Below, in pieces: positions 1 to 10,322 of a stretch of 64,000 nt of DNA; position 1 is the stretch's first letter, and every line of letters starts with the position of its first letter. The position numbers were made by a program, and so were the translations under genes. The DNA is taken from contig CAWGIE010000007.1 of the NCBI GenBank assembly GCA_963822585.1, forward strand, positions 128,001-192,000, written 5' to 3'. Origin of the DNA: an uncultured bacterium. Its GTDB lineage: Bacteria; Auribacterota; Erginobacteria; Erginobacterales; Erginobacteraceae. Under the pieces are notes generated by a model. It saw only the letters and a list, made by a program, of their open reading frames with translations. It made no database searches and had not been told where the DNA came from.

Positions 1-158
1 TGGAGCTGACGGTGAAAGGGGAAGCCGAGCTCTGGAACGGCATCTACCTCACGATGACCGTTGCCTATTACAGCCTTCTCGGAAGCGATCTTCGGAAGGA
101 AGTGGAAGAGGGGAAAGACGGTTTCTGGGGAGGGGGCAGCCTGGGGTTTGCTTTCTAG
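1..158 (+). CDS. 3' end of a probable outer-membrane beta-barrel protein (partial, runs off window start)
   Basis: Frame 3 is open from the window edge: ...DGFWGGGSLGFAF* (TAG 156-158). Terminal Phe with alternating hydrophobic residues is a beta-signal. Confidence 0.6.
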   Translation, partial: ELTVKGEAELWNGIYLTMTVAYYSLLGSDLRKEVEEGKDGFWGGGSLGFAF

Positions 159-214
159 TCGAACACCGGGTATATTGACGGCGACCATTCAATAGAAATT
201 AGCTTCGCAACCGA

Positions 215-266
215 GGGAGGGCACGGCGGCCCTCCCCTACGTAGGGGCCGACCGCTGTGTCGGCCC
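215..266. repeat. Back-to-back GTAG-type REP-like palindromes
   Basis: gggagggcacggcggccctcccCTAC abuts GTAGgggccgaccgctgtgtcggccc. Each half is GTAG plus a GC hairpin. Confidence 0.65.
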
Positions 267-289
267 GATTTATTGAAATTCCGAAACAG

Positions 290-385
290 CAAGTTAGCCC
301 CTTCGGCGCGACGTGTAGTGTAAGGTGTAATGTTTAAAGTGTAATGAAACTTTCTGCTTCACATCTTACACTTCACACTACGTTA
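290..385. repeat. Dispersed 96-bp element (family A, GTGTAA/TTACAC short-period arms), copy 1
   Basis: Reverse complement aligns without gaps to 39185-39280 (about 13 mismatches by eye). Confidence 0.85.
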
Positions 386-460
386 CTGTGCGCCAGAGGC
401 GCGTCAGACTCAGGCTGAAAATTCCGAAGCAAGGGCTTCGTAATAGCAACGGGCTGAAGT

Positions 461-850
461 ATGAGCGGTTCGAAAAAAAAGGTCGTGGTCCTGGACGACG
501 AACAGAATATCGGGCGGCTTCTGGAGTTGATCCTGGAAGTCAATAACTTCGCCGTCAACTGGACGACCACGGTTGATAAGGCCCTGAAACTGGTCGATTC
601 CAAGAAGCCGGACCTGATCATCTCCGATATCATGCTCCAGGAAAAGTGCGGGTTCGATCTCTACTGGGAACTGCAGAAATCACCCAAAACCTCTTCCATC
701 CCTTTCATTTTCATTTCCGCCTATCCCGAAGAGTCAGTTGCCGGGCGGGAGAAGATCGAGAAACAACGGGGGGCGAAAGTGGTCTTCCTGGCCAAGCTCT
801 TCTCCCCGCAAACGCTCCTGCACGCAATCAAGAAGGTGCTCGGCAATTAG
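461..850 (+). CDS. Single-domain CheY-like response regulator
   Basis: VVLDDE, PDLIISDIML (phospho-acceptor Asp), FISA, FLAKLF receiver motifs. Confidence 0.9.
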   Translation: MSGSKKKVVVLDDEQNIGRLLELILEVNNFAVNWTTTVDKALKLVDSKKPDLIISDIMLQEKCGFDLYWELQKSPKTSSIPFIFISAYPEESVAGREKIEKQRGAKVVFLAKLFSPQTLLHAIKKVLGN

Positions 851-1059
851 ACGCTGCTCAAAAAGGTTTTCGAGCAGGAAATCTTAAATCCTACTATCTA
901 AATCCTAAATAAATTCTAAATCCAAATTTCAAATGTTCAAAACATCGGTCGCCGGCGCTTTTGTTTTGAATTTATTATTTTGGTCATTCGATATTGTTTA
1001 GGATTTCGTGCTTAGATATTAGGATTTGAGAGCCGGCGAGCTTTTTGAGTAAGGTATAA
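847..1059. mobile_element. MITE-like element with imperfect 19-bp TIRs and internal AAATCCT/AGGATTT arms (family B)
   Basis: ttagacgctgctcaaaaag (847-865) matches the reverse complement of ctttttgagtaaggtataa (1041-1059). The internal arms recur at 38461-38615 and 51758-51817. Confidence 0.6.
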
Positions 1060-1914
1060 CTAGTCGAAGATCCGGTATCCCAGGCTTTTCCCTCCCGGAA
1101 TGCCCCGGCCGAAGATCAGGCGGACGGTGTGATAGACCACGAAGCACTCGACCGCGAAAGGCAGAAACCCCAGAAATCCCGCCAGAGGCATCTCGAAGAT
1201 TTTAATCCCGGATGTAAAGGGGGCGAGATAGAGCCACTTCGATCCGGCCCAGAAATTCCAGAACTCCCAGAGAAATCCGCAAACCACGCCCGACGCGAAA
1301 AGGGCGGCGAGACGGCGTCCTTCGCCCTGGGTCAGATCGGCCAGGACCGAGTCGGTCCTCGAATAGAGGTTGACCGGGTCGAGAAAAAAGATCCATCCCA
1401 GCCAGATGAAGATGAACAGATAGACGGCGATCCGGGTGGGAAGCAGCATCGGAAGAACCAGGAAAATCATCCCCAGGAGGATCAGAAGGTAGGCCCCGGA
1501 CGGCGAGATCCGGAGCGGGGGCAGCTTGATCCGTTGAAAAAGGCCGAGCATGTCGAATATCTCGGCGGTATAGAAGATTCCGGGCACGATGGTCGCGAAA
1601 GAGAGCGCCATCCCGACATACGTTTCCAGGGGATCGGAGGGAAGATCGACATAGATCCAATTCCGCACATGAAGATTATTCAATTCGAAGACAATCCAGA
1701 AGAGGACGGAGAAACCCGCCTGGTAAACAAAGAGGCGGAAGTTGTTCCTGATAATACTCTTGCCCCGGACACGGAGAATCACCGCGTCCAGGACCAGCAC
1801 ATACCCCCACCAGCAGACCGGCGTCGTCCAGTCAGCCAGACGCGGTGAACCGAACCAGGCGTTCAGCATCCCTCCCAGGACCATCGCTATCCCGATGTAA
1901 AAATAGACTATCAT
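1060..1914 (-). CDS. Conserved multi-pass membrane protein
   Basis: 284 aa, many TM segments; CGFLWEFWNFWA..KW.Y and IFEMPLAGFLGF motifs. Confidence 0.8.
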   Translation of the reverse strand: MIVYFYIGIAMVLGGMLNAWFGSPRLADWTTPVCWWGYVLVLDAVILRVRGKSIIRNNFRLFVYQAGFSVLFWIVFELNNLHVRNWIYVDLPSDPLETYVGMALSFATIVPGIFYTAEIFDMLGLFQRIKLPPLRISPSGAYLLILLGMIFLVLPMLLPTRIAVYLFIFIWLGWIFFLDPVNLYSRTDSVLADLTQGEGRRLAALFASGVVCGFLWEFWNFWAGSKWLYLAPFTSGIKIFEMPLAGFLGFLPFAVECFVVYHTVRLIFGRGIPGGKSLGYRIFD

Positions 1915-2200
1915 TTAGTGGTTATTCACTTTTTGTCGTGGTCCAGATTGATAATGATCGTGGAATTAGTTCGTAACCAACTGTTCAAATCCATAAGGGA
2001 ATACCCGGAATCACCAGGAGCACAAACACATTATATTGTTTTAGCTGCTTTTTCAACTTTTTCGGAGGTTTAATAATCGGAGTCCGGGCGCGGCACCTGG
2101 CACAAGTCGCATTCATGTAGTATATTAAATTTGCCGATAACGGGATCGTTCCCGGGCATCCAGGGAAGGGAAACAAAATAAGTTACACCCCCATCGGAAA

Positions 2201-5200
2201 ATGCGCCGAACAGCCGCCATCTGTATCTTTTTCACCGTCTTCCTGGCCCGATTCCCCTCCAGCGGGGTAACCCAGCCCCTCTGGGTGGATCTCGATGGCA
2301 CGGGCGGCCCGGGGGCCTCCGGAACCGGAAGGCGCGGGAGCGGACCGGAGACAGTCCTTTCCTCGGCCAAGGAACTGACGCTGGGTATCGAGATACCGGG
2401 GTTTTACCGGGGTGAGGAACGGCTCGCCGACGGCAAGACATACGCCACGGTCGCGGCGGCCGGCGCCGGCCAGGGCGGAATCGGGATGCCCGATCTCCCC
2501 GTCTTCGGGTCGGTTATCCTGATACCGAACGGTACCGTGCCCGTTTTGACAATCGAACCGGGAAAACCGCGTTTTTTCACTACCACCGAGATCGCCCCGG
2601 TGCAGCCCCCTCCCACCGATGAAGATGACGGCGAGACCCCTCCCTTTCGCAAGAACGCGGGCGTGTATGCCGGCAACCGGGACTATCCGGCCGAGTTCGC
2701 CTCCCTGGAACCGGTCCGGATAATCCGGGGACAGGAATTCGCCATTCTTCACCTCCAGCCCTTCCGCTATCATCCGGCTGGACATCTTTTAAGCGTCTAC
2801 CCGGATCTGCGCGTAACCGTCAGCTTTACCGGGAAGGCCGGGGCGATCCCCCGCCGGCTGGAGAACCGGAATTTTCGGGATCTTTTCCGCCGGACGGCGC
2901 TCAACGCGGACGTGGTCCTGGCGGCGGAAGAGACGCCGGCGCAACGCCTGGCCACGCCGGCGGGAGAGGGAAGCGGGGGCGAGGGCGGATGCGATTACCT
3001 GATTATCGCGCCGCCGGAATTTCAGGCGGCGGCCGAATCGCTGGCCGCCTGGAAAAGAAAGTGCGGGTTTAGAACCTACGTCGCCACCACCGGCGAGACG
3101 GGCGCGACCGCAACCGCCATCCGGGACTTTATCCAGAACGCTTACGACACCTGGGACCCCAGCCCCGCCTATGTCCTCCTGCTGGGGGACGTTGAGTATA
3201 TCCCCACCAACTATGAGACGGTCCATCCCTACGATGGAGACATGATCGGCACCGACCTTTATTTTTCGACGGTGGACGGCGCGGATTACTTCCCGGACAT
3301 CAGTTTGGGGAGGATCTCGGTGGACACGGCCGCGCAGGCGGCCAAAAGGGTGAGCGACATCATCTCCTACGAGAGCGACCCGGTTCTCGACAGCTCGTTC
3401 TATCACACCGCCGCTCTTTGCGCCTACTTCCAGCACGATTCCGACGGGTACGCCGAACGGCGGTTCGCCCAGACGACCGAGGATTTGGCCATCTTCCTCT
3501 CCGACCCTTCCTATCTGGGTGAATACTCGGTCGAGCGGATCTATTATGCCCTCTCGACCGTCGATCCGCGGTACTGGTCGAAAATCTACTTCAGCGGGGG
3601 CCCGGCCGGGGACGCCGGGGATCCGATCCCGGACTATCTTCGCAAGCCGGCTTTCGCCTGGGACGGCAATGGATTCAATATCACGTCCGCGGTCAACGCC
3701 GGGCGCTTCCTGGTCACCCACCGCGATCACGGATCGGCGACCGCCTGGTCCAGCCCCGGTTATCCCGCCTCCCAGGTCAGCGCCCTGACCAACGGCAACC
3801 GCCTCCCGGTGGTCTGGTCCGTCAACTGCCTGACCGGGTTTTTCGACAAGGAGACCTGCGAGAATCCCAGCGCCACCGTCTCTTTCAGCGAATGCTGGGA
3901 ACGGAACCCTTCCGGAGGAGCGGCCGGGATCATCGCCGCCACTCGGGTGAGCTACAGCGGCCATAACGACCGTCTTTTCTGGGGCTGGATCGACGCCGTC
4001 TGGCCCCAATTTCTCGGCAGTTACGCCGGGCACGCTCCCTTTGCCAGCCCGGATTACCGGATGGGGGACGTGCTGAACTACGGCAAGCTTTATTACGCGA
4101 CCACTTACCCGGATTACATCATCCGGAAAGTGGAATTTGAAATTTTCCACTGGTTCGGGGACCCCTCGATGATGATGAGGACCGCCCTGCCCCACGATCT
4201 GGCCGTGGAGCACCCCCTCTCCGTCCGGACCGGGGCGGCAATCGACTTCACCGTGCGGGTGGAGTCCGAAGGCGCGCCCCTGGCCGAGGCGACGGTCGTT
4301 ATCTGCCGCGACAACGCCCCCGATGATTACCGGACCGCGGTGACGGATGAAAACGGCACCGCTCTCTTCGACGGACTGCTTCTCTCCCGGGACGGTGACT
4401 ATGACCTGGTGGTAACCGCTCCCAACTCCGTTCCTTACCAGGGAATCGTCACCGCCGGCCCCGCGCCGACACCGATTCCGGTCCCGACCGGCGACCGGAC
4501 ACCGACACCGGCTCCCCCCCGCCGACGTCGACCGTGCCGCCGATACCGGCGCCGACACCGACCGCCGGGACGCCCTTGGCCTGGCCGGCCGGCGGGGGGA
4601 CGGAGATCGGAAACCTCCTCCCCTCCGGCTACGAGCCGAGCGGTGCTCTCTGGCACGAGCGGATCGGGTCGCTTTTCCTGGTCAGCGATGACGGGTGGAT
4701 CACCCGGGTGAACCCGGACGGGACCGACCCCGTCACCTGGATCCCGGGATCCGACGACCTGGAGGGGATCGCCGTCGCCGACGAAGAGTCAGACTATCTC
4801 TATGTCGGTGACGAAAACCCTGATTCGATCAAGGAATTCGATCTCACGACCGGCGCTTACACCGGGAAAAGCTGGGACCTGACCCCCTGGATGACCGGCG
4901 CTCCCAGCCAGGGGCTGGAAGCGCTGACTTTCGTTCCCAACGGCGATCATCCCTACGCCCTCTCGAACTCCGGAGGCCTTTTTTACGCCGGTCTCCAGGC
5001 GGACGGCCGGATCTATGTCTTCGACGTCGACCTGGCGCACTCCGGCGTCGTTTCGCACGTCGATACCATCGAGCCCTCCCCGGGCCTGACCGATCTCTCC
5101 GGGCTTTTTTACCAGGCCGAGACCGGGGTCCTCTACGCCGTCTTCGACACCGCGAACCTTCTGCTGGAGATGGAGACGGACGGGACGGTGATCGAGGCCT

Positions 5201-6318
5201 TCTCTCTCCCCGGAGACACCCAGGAAGGGGTTACCCTGATGCCCTCCTGCCCGATTTCCGCGACTTCTATCTTTATCGCCGAGGACGCCGGGGAGGTCTG
5301 GCGCTACGACGGATACCCCGTGATCTGTCCGGCCACGCCGATCCCCTCTCCGTCGCCCATTGCCGCCCTGACCCCGACACCGCCTCCGACGATTGCCACC
5401 CCGACTCCCGCCGGATCGCCGACGCCGGTTCCACCGCCACCGGTGACACCGCCACCCCGTCTGTCGCCGTCCCCGACGCCGGTCATTTCCACCATATCCA
5501 CCCCGACGCCGGGACCGGCCCTCCCCACCGCCACCCCGACCCCCCGGCCGATTCCCTCGCGCCCTCACCCCTCTCCCTCTCCTTTGCCGCGGGTCGCCTT
5601 TGATTACAACGGAGACGGGACCTCCGACATCGCCGTTTTCCGGGCCGGGAACGGCCTCTGGGCGGTCCGGGGCGTGACCAGGGCCTATTTCGGAGGGGAA
5701 GGGGATGAACCGGTCCCCGGCGATTACTGCGGGGACGGCTGTACTTCGATCGCCGTCTTCCGTCCGTCCGACGGCCTCTGGGCAGTCCGCGGCCAGGATC
5801 GTATTTATTTCGGACAGGACGGCGATATCCCCGTCCCCGCTGATTATAACGGTGACGGGGTCGATGAGATCGCCCTCTTCCGGGAAGGAGCGGGCCTCTG
5901 GGCGATCAGGGATGGGCAACGGGTTTATTTCGGCGCCGCCGGGGACCAGCCGGTCCCCGGCGATTACGATGGAGACGGCACCGATGAGATCGCCCTTTTC
6001 CGGGAGGAAAGCGGGCTCTGGGCGATCAGAAACGGGCAACGGGTCTACTTCGGCACGGACGGGGACTGGCCCGTTCCCGGCGATTACGACGGGGACGGGG
6101 ACTGCGAGATCGCCATCTTCCGTTCCGGCCTCTGGGCGATCCGGGGCGGCGACCGGATTTATTTCGGCAACGGGAACGACTGGCCCGTACCCGGGCAATA
6201 CGATGGGTCGGGACGGATGGTACCCGCCGTCTTCCGGGAAGGGCAAGGGCTCTGGACGGCCCGGGGTGTTTTCAGGGCCTACTTTGGAACCGCGGGGGAC
6301 CTCCCCGCGACCAGGTAA
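2201..6318 (+). CDS. Secreted gingipain-like C25 cysteine peptidase with beta-propeller, Pro/Thr linkers and C-terminal FG-GAP-like repeats; split by a frameshift at C7 (4514-4520)
   Basis: Signal peptide, C25 propeptide, YVLLLGD, THRDHG (His) and WSVNCLTG (Cys). Adding one C joins ORF 2201..4711 to ORF 4534..6318 within a PT linker. Confidence 0.85.
5602..6315 (+). repeat. Six intragenic ~120-bp (40-aa) repeats, DYxGDGxxxIAxFRxxxGLWAxRGxxRxYFG
   Basis: Units start at 5602, 5722, 5842, 5962, 6082 and 6196. Confidence 0.9.
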
Positions 6319-6332
6319 CACGGCATCCCGAT

Positions 6333-8267
6333 TCAGGTTTCCCGGTTCTCGATCGTGATCGGGGGCATCATTATCTTGCCGGGGAAGCCGAGGACCCGGG
6401 AGTAAAAGAACAATTCGACGGCCAGCGCCTGCCGGATCGTCTCCGCCCGGCGAAAGCCGTGTTCCTCATTATCGAAGTAGAGCGCCTTCACTCGTATTTT
6501 TTTCGTCCGCAGCGCCTCTACCATTACCGCTGTCTGGACGGGGGGGACGACCTTATCATTCATCCCCTGGAAGAAGATGACCGGGCAGGAGATCTTATCC
6601 GGGAAGTGGACCGGCGAGCGATTGTAGTAGAGGTCCCGGCGTTCCGGAAAGGGACCGACCAGCGTATCCAGGTACTTCGCTTCGAACTTGTGGGTATCTT
6701 CAAGGAGCAGTTCCAGATCGCTGACGCCGTAATAGACGGCCCCAACTCGGAAGATGTCGTGAAAGGCGAGGGCGCAGAGCGTGGTAAAGCCCCCGGCGCT
6801 CCCGCCCCGGATCGCCATCCGGTCCCTGTCAACCAGGCCCCGCCGGGCCAGAAAAGCCGCTCCCCGTACGCAGTCTTCGACATCCGCTATCCCCCATTGA
6901 CCATAGAGCCGGCGGCGATATTTCCGGCCGTAACCGGTGGACCCGCGGTAATTCACGTCCAGCACCGCCCAGCCCCGGCTCGTCCAGAACTGGATCTTCA
7001 GCTTGAGGGCGCTCCCGGAGGCGCCGGTGGGCCCGGTGTGCATCACCACCAGCAGCGGGGGCAGCTCACCGTCGGAGGGGGAGAAATCACGGTTTCGGGG
7101 GGGGTAGAAGAAACCGTAAGCGGTCTCACCCTCGCCGGTGGGGAACTCGATCGGCGAGGGCGACGAGAGGTAACCGGGATCGAACTCTACCTCGCTCTCG
7201 CTCCTGATTATCTCCATTGTCTCCTTCCCGGGTTTGTACCGGATAACCGCGGGCAGCGACACCGGCGAGGAAGCGATAAAAGCCGCTTTCGGCACGCCGA
7301 CTCCCCCGGCCCGGATTCCGGTGATCTCGGTATAGGGCGTCGGTATCTCCCGGAGGCGGCCGGTCGCGGCGGACAAGATACCCAGTGTCCAGATTCCCTT
7401 CCGGGCGAAGGCGCAGACGATCTCCTCCTCCGAAAGAAAAGCGTAGGTGGACATCCCGAAGTTCCACTGGGGAAGGCCGAACTCGGCTTCCAGCGGGCAG
7501 ACCGGTATTATTCCGTCCTTTTTCGTTTTGTAGATATTCCACCACCCACTCCGGTCGGAGATAAAGTAAAGGACCCCTTTCGGCGACCACTCCGGCTGGA
7601 AAACAGACTCGGCGGGACCTCCCGCCAGCAGCCGAGCGGTACCGGGCAACCCGTCCCCGTCCAGTTCCGACAGCCGCAGTTCGGTTCCGTCCCAGGGCAT
7701 CCGGGGAAAGTTCCAGGTGAGAAAGGCCAGTCGGACGCCGTCGGGGCTGAGGCGGGGAGAAGAGTAAAAATCATTTCCCGAGAAGAGAACTTCTACCGGG
7801 CGGCGTCCATCCGGATCGATCGCGACCAGGGTGTTTTCCGGCAGCGGTGACTCCCCGGTGTGGTCTTCCCGGACGCAGATCAGGCGCCGGCGGCGGGGAT
7901 CAAAGACAAGATCGGCATAGCGATAGTTCCCTTCCGGGGTGATCGGCCGGGGGGTACCTCCGGGGGATAATCGGTAGAGACGGCCGTCAGCGGCGTTGGA
8001 GAAAAAGATCTCGCCCCCGGACACGGTGTAGGCCCCCCCACCGTAATCGTGGACGCGGGAACGGGCGCTGAAAGGAGGAGGGAGGAGGTCGGAGATCTCG
8101 CCGGAGGGTGTTTTCCGGACGATAACGCAGCGGCCGTTCTCGGCCGGGCGCGTCTCCAGCCAGTAGATGTCATCGCCGTCGAGGACAATCTCATCCAGCC
8201 CGATGCTCCGGGAGGCGATCAGGCCGGTGGTAATCGGGGATGTCCAGGACCCGCAGGGCGCCTTCAT
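6333..8267 (-). CDS. S9 family prolyl oligopeptidase / acylaminoacyl peptidase
   Basis: PCGSWTSPIT N-terminus, GGSAGG nucleophile, DKVVPP and EEHGF. Confidence 0.92.
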   Translation of the reverse strand: MKAPCGSWTSPITTGLIASRSIGLDEIVLDGDDIYWLETRPAENGRCVIVRKTPSGEISDLLPPPFSARSRVHDYGGGAYTVSGGEIFFSNAADGRLYRLSPGGTPRPITPEGNYRYADLVFDPRRRRLICVREDHTGESPLPENTLVAIDPDGRRPVEVLFSGNDFYSSPRLSPDGVRLAFLTWNFPRMPWDGTELRLSELDGDGLPGTARLLAGGPAESVFQPEWSPKGVLYFISDRSGWWNIYKTKKDGIIPVCPLEAEFGLPQWNFGMSTYAFLSEEEIVCAFARKGIWTLGILSAATGRLREIPTPYTEITGIRAGGVGVPKAAFIASSPVSLPAVIRYKPGKETMEIIRSESEVEFDPGYLSSPSPIEFPTGEGETAYGFFYPPRNRDFSPSDGELPPLLVVMHTGPTGASGSALKLKIQFWTSRGWAVLDVNYRGSTGYGRKYRRRLYGQWGIADVEDCVRGAAFLARRGLVDRDRMAIRGGSAGGFTTLCALAFHDIFRVGAVYYGVSDLELLLEDTHKFEAKYLDTLVGPFPERRDLYYNRSPVHFPDKISCPVIFFQGMNDKVVPPVQTAVMVEALRTKKIRVKALYFDNEEHGFRRAETIRQALAVELFFYSRVLGFPGKIMMPPITIENRET

Positions 8268-8275
8268 GAATTCTC

Positions 8276-8373
8276 GTGATCGGTAATCAGTGACCGGTAA
8301 TCGGTATCGGGCGCCCGCGGCACTGATTACCGATTACTGATTACTGATTACTGATTACTGATTACTGGTTACT
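8276..8373. repeat. Family C: (G/A)GTAATC arm facing a GATTAC(T/C) heptamer tandem arm
   Basis: Tandem ctgatta/ccgatta heptamers. Related copies at 22994-23063 and 49472-49503. Confidence 0.85.
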
Positions 8374-8422
8374 TGAAGTTATTGGCTCAGGGGTGGAATA
8401 TAATCTGCCGCTAACTGATTAT

Positions 8423-9538
8423 TCATCCCACCAGTCCTTTCTCCTTCAGCTCCTCCGTCGCCCGGTCGCCCAGGTCGTTTGCCTCGGCCGTCTCGCTCCA
8501 CTCGATCAGCTCCTGGAACCCGTCCTCCAGACTGACCCGAGGCTCGAATCCGAGGTCCTCCCGGATCCGGCTGATGTCCGCGAAGCAGTGGCGGACGTCG
8601 CCCTTGCGGAACTTGCCCACGATCTCGGGCTCGATCTCCTTGCCGAGGAGGGCGTTCAGGGTCCGGGCGATATCGAGGACCGAGATCTGGCGGCCGGCGC
8701 CGACGTTGTAGATCTTCTGGTTGGCCTTCTCGCTCTCCATGGCCATGATGTTAGCCCGGACGATATCGTGTACCGAGATGAAATCCCGGCTCTGGAGCCC
8801 GTCCTCGAAGACAATCGGGGGATGATCGTTGAGGAGACGGCTCATGAAGATGGCGGCCACCCCGGTGTAGGGGTTGGAGAGGGACTGCCGGGGGCCGAAG
8901 ACGTTGAAACGACGCATCGCCACCACCGGCAACCCGTAGGTCTGGCCGAAGAGCATGACCATGTCTTCCTGGTCCTTCTTGGCCAGGGCGTAGTAGGAGT
9001 TGATCTCCTGGAGCTTGCTCTCCGGCGTCGGGATGGGACGGGCCGCCGCGCCGCACTTCGGGCAGTAGACCTCGAAATCGCCGGCCGCCATCTGCTCGTC
9101 CGTCCGCAGCGGCGGGGCCACCCGGCCGCAGTTCGGGCACTCGTACGCCCCTTCCCCGTAGGTACTCATCGAGGAGGCGACGATCAGCTTGCCGACTTTG
9201 TTCTTCCGGTTGACCAGGATGTCGAGGAGGTTGGCGGTCCCCAGGGTGTTGGCCTCCATGTAGCGCTTGATCTGGTACATCGACTGGCCGACGCCGACCA
9301 TGGCCGCGTCGTGGCAGACGACATCGACCCCTTCCACCGCTTTTGCCAAAGCGTCGTAGTTAAGGACGGACTCCCGGATGAACTCCGCCTCCGTATTAAG
9401 ATAGTCGGGGACTTTCCCCCCGGGATGGACCTGGGGCTCGATGTTGTCGTAGATCCGGACCTCGTGTCCCTGCTTGATCAGTTCATCAACCAGGAAACTC
9501 CCGATAAAACCGGCCCCGCCGGTGCAGAGAATCTTCAT
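8423..9538 (-). CDS. NAD-dependent epimerase/dehydratase (extended SDR) with a CxxC..CxxC insert
   Basis: TGGAGFIGS, ASSMSTYG, YALAK, CPNC and CPKC. Confidence 0.92.
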   Translation of the reverse strand: MKILCTGGAGFIGSFLVDELIKQGHEVRIYDNIEPQVHPGGKVPDYLNTEAEFIRESVLNYDALAKAVEGVDVVCHDAAMVGVGQSMYQIKRYMEANTLGTANLLDILVNRKNKVGKLIVASSMSTYGEGAYECPNCGRVAPPLRTDEQMAAGDFEVYCPKCGAAARPIPTPESKLQEINSYYALAKKDQEDMVMLFGQTYGLPVVAMRRFNVFGPRQSLSNPYTGVAAIFMSRLLNDHPPIVFEDGLQSRDFISVHDIVRANIMAMESEKANQKIYNVGAGRQISVLDIARTLNALLGKEIEPEIVGKFRKGDVRHCFADISRIREDLGFEPRVSLEDGFQELIEWSETAEANDLGDRATEELKEKGLVG

Positions 9539-9701
9539 TTAATACTCCTTCTGTTGTTTCACGAAAAAGGTAAATCAATAACGTTTTTAGAACAGTAAGT
9601 CAACCGGGGAGTTGCGGGAGGGGATTACGTTCAGTCGAATCAATCACAACTCGCGGTGCGGTCAATATGTCAATCCTCGGCAAGTTCCCAATCGTTTCCT
9701 C

Positions 9702-9983
9702 TTACCTGTTTTTCAGGTAACTTGACAGATCTCGATAGTAATTCTCGTGTGGACCGATCATTATCAATTCAAGGTTACCGCCGACGAAGCGATAGGCAAG
9801 AAGATACTGTGTGGTATGTATCTTGAACTTGTGGACAAAAACACCCCTGAGATCGCCTTTCTTCTCTTCTCCTATCGCCGGGTCTTCAACGATCTTTCGA
9901 ATCTGCCGGTCAAGAATTAGCTTTTCCCGTTTAGGAAATCGCCGGACCTTCTTTCTAAACGATCTTGATTGGATGATCTGCAT
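9702..9983 (-). CDS. RelE/ParE-like type II toxin
   Basis: 93 aa, basic; GEEKKGDLRGVFVHKFK..LLAY..GPHENYYRDL. Confidence 0.88.
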   Translation of the reverse strand: MQIIQSRSFRKKVRRFPKREKLILDRQIRKIVEDPAIGEEKKGDLRGVFVHKFKIHTTQYLLAYRFVGGNLELIMIGPHENYYRDLSSYLKNR

Positions 9984-9989
9984 GCCGGA

Positions 9990-10208
9990 TCAATCGAATT
10001 CGTATTCCGAAGATTCGCCCCGTTCCAGTTCCTCGACCCCGATCATGATTTCCTTTATCAAGGCATACGTCAGGTCGGGGTTTTCCTCGGAGCACTTTCC
10101 GATTTTGGCCCAGTACTCGATCTGGCCGGTGACGGAACGGTTGTCCACGGCGCTGACCAGCCGTGCTTCCCTCACCAATTTGTCGGAAACTCTTACTGCC
10201 GTAGTCAT
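9990..10208 (-). CDS. ParD-like antitoxin
   Basis: MTTAVRVSDKLV..RSVTGQIEYWAKIGK..EENPDL; GGAG RBS before ATG 10208. Confidence 0.88.
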   Translation of the reverse strand: MTTAVRVSDKLVREARLVSAVDNRSVTGQIEYWAKIGKCSEENPDLTYALIKEIMIGVEELERGESSEYEFD

Positions 10209-10237
10209 GGTGAAATCTCCTCTCTCAAGTTTATTAC

Positions 10238-10266
10238 AAAATACAATGTAATGCTGCATTATGCAA
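10238..10266 (-). promoter_or_regulatory. Candidate TA promoter with operator palindrome
   Basis: Minus strand TTGCAT-N17-TATTTT; taatgc-t-gcatta palindrome at 10249-10261. Confidence 0.5.
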
Positions 10267-10322
10267 CATAAATATCTTGAGTCAGGGCTATTGGAATTTT
10301 AACATTGAGGAAAACTGCGGGA

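Noticed and set aside
2789..9598. Long antisense ORFs (2789..4558, 4789..6321, 6459..7850, 8393..9598; likewise 26596..27843, 29366..30892, 40493..41701, 48313..49329)
   Set aside because: Shadow frames opposite well-supported genes in GC-rich DNA, with no recognisable motifs.
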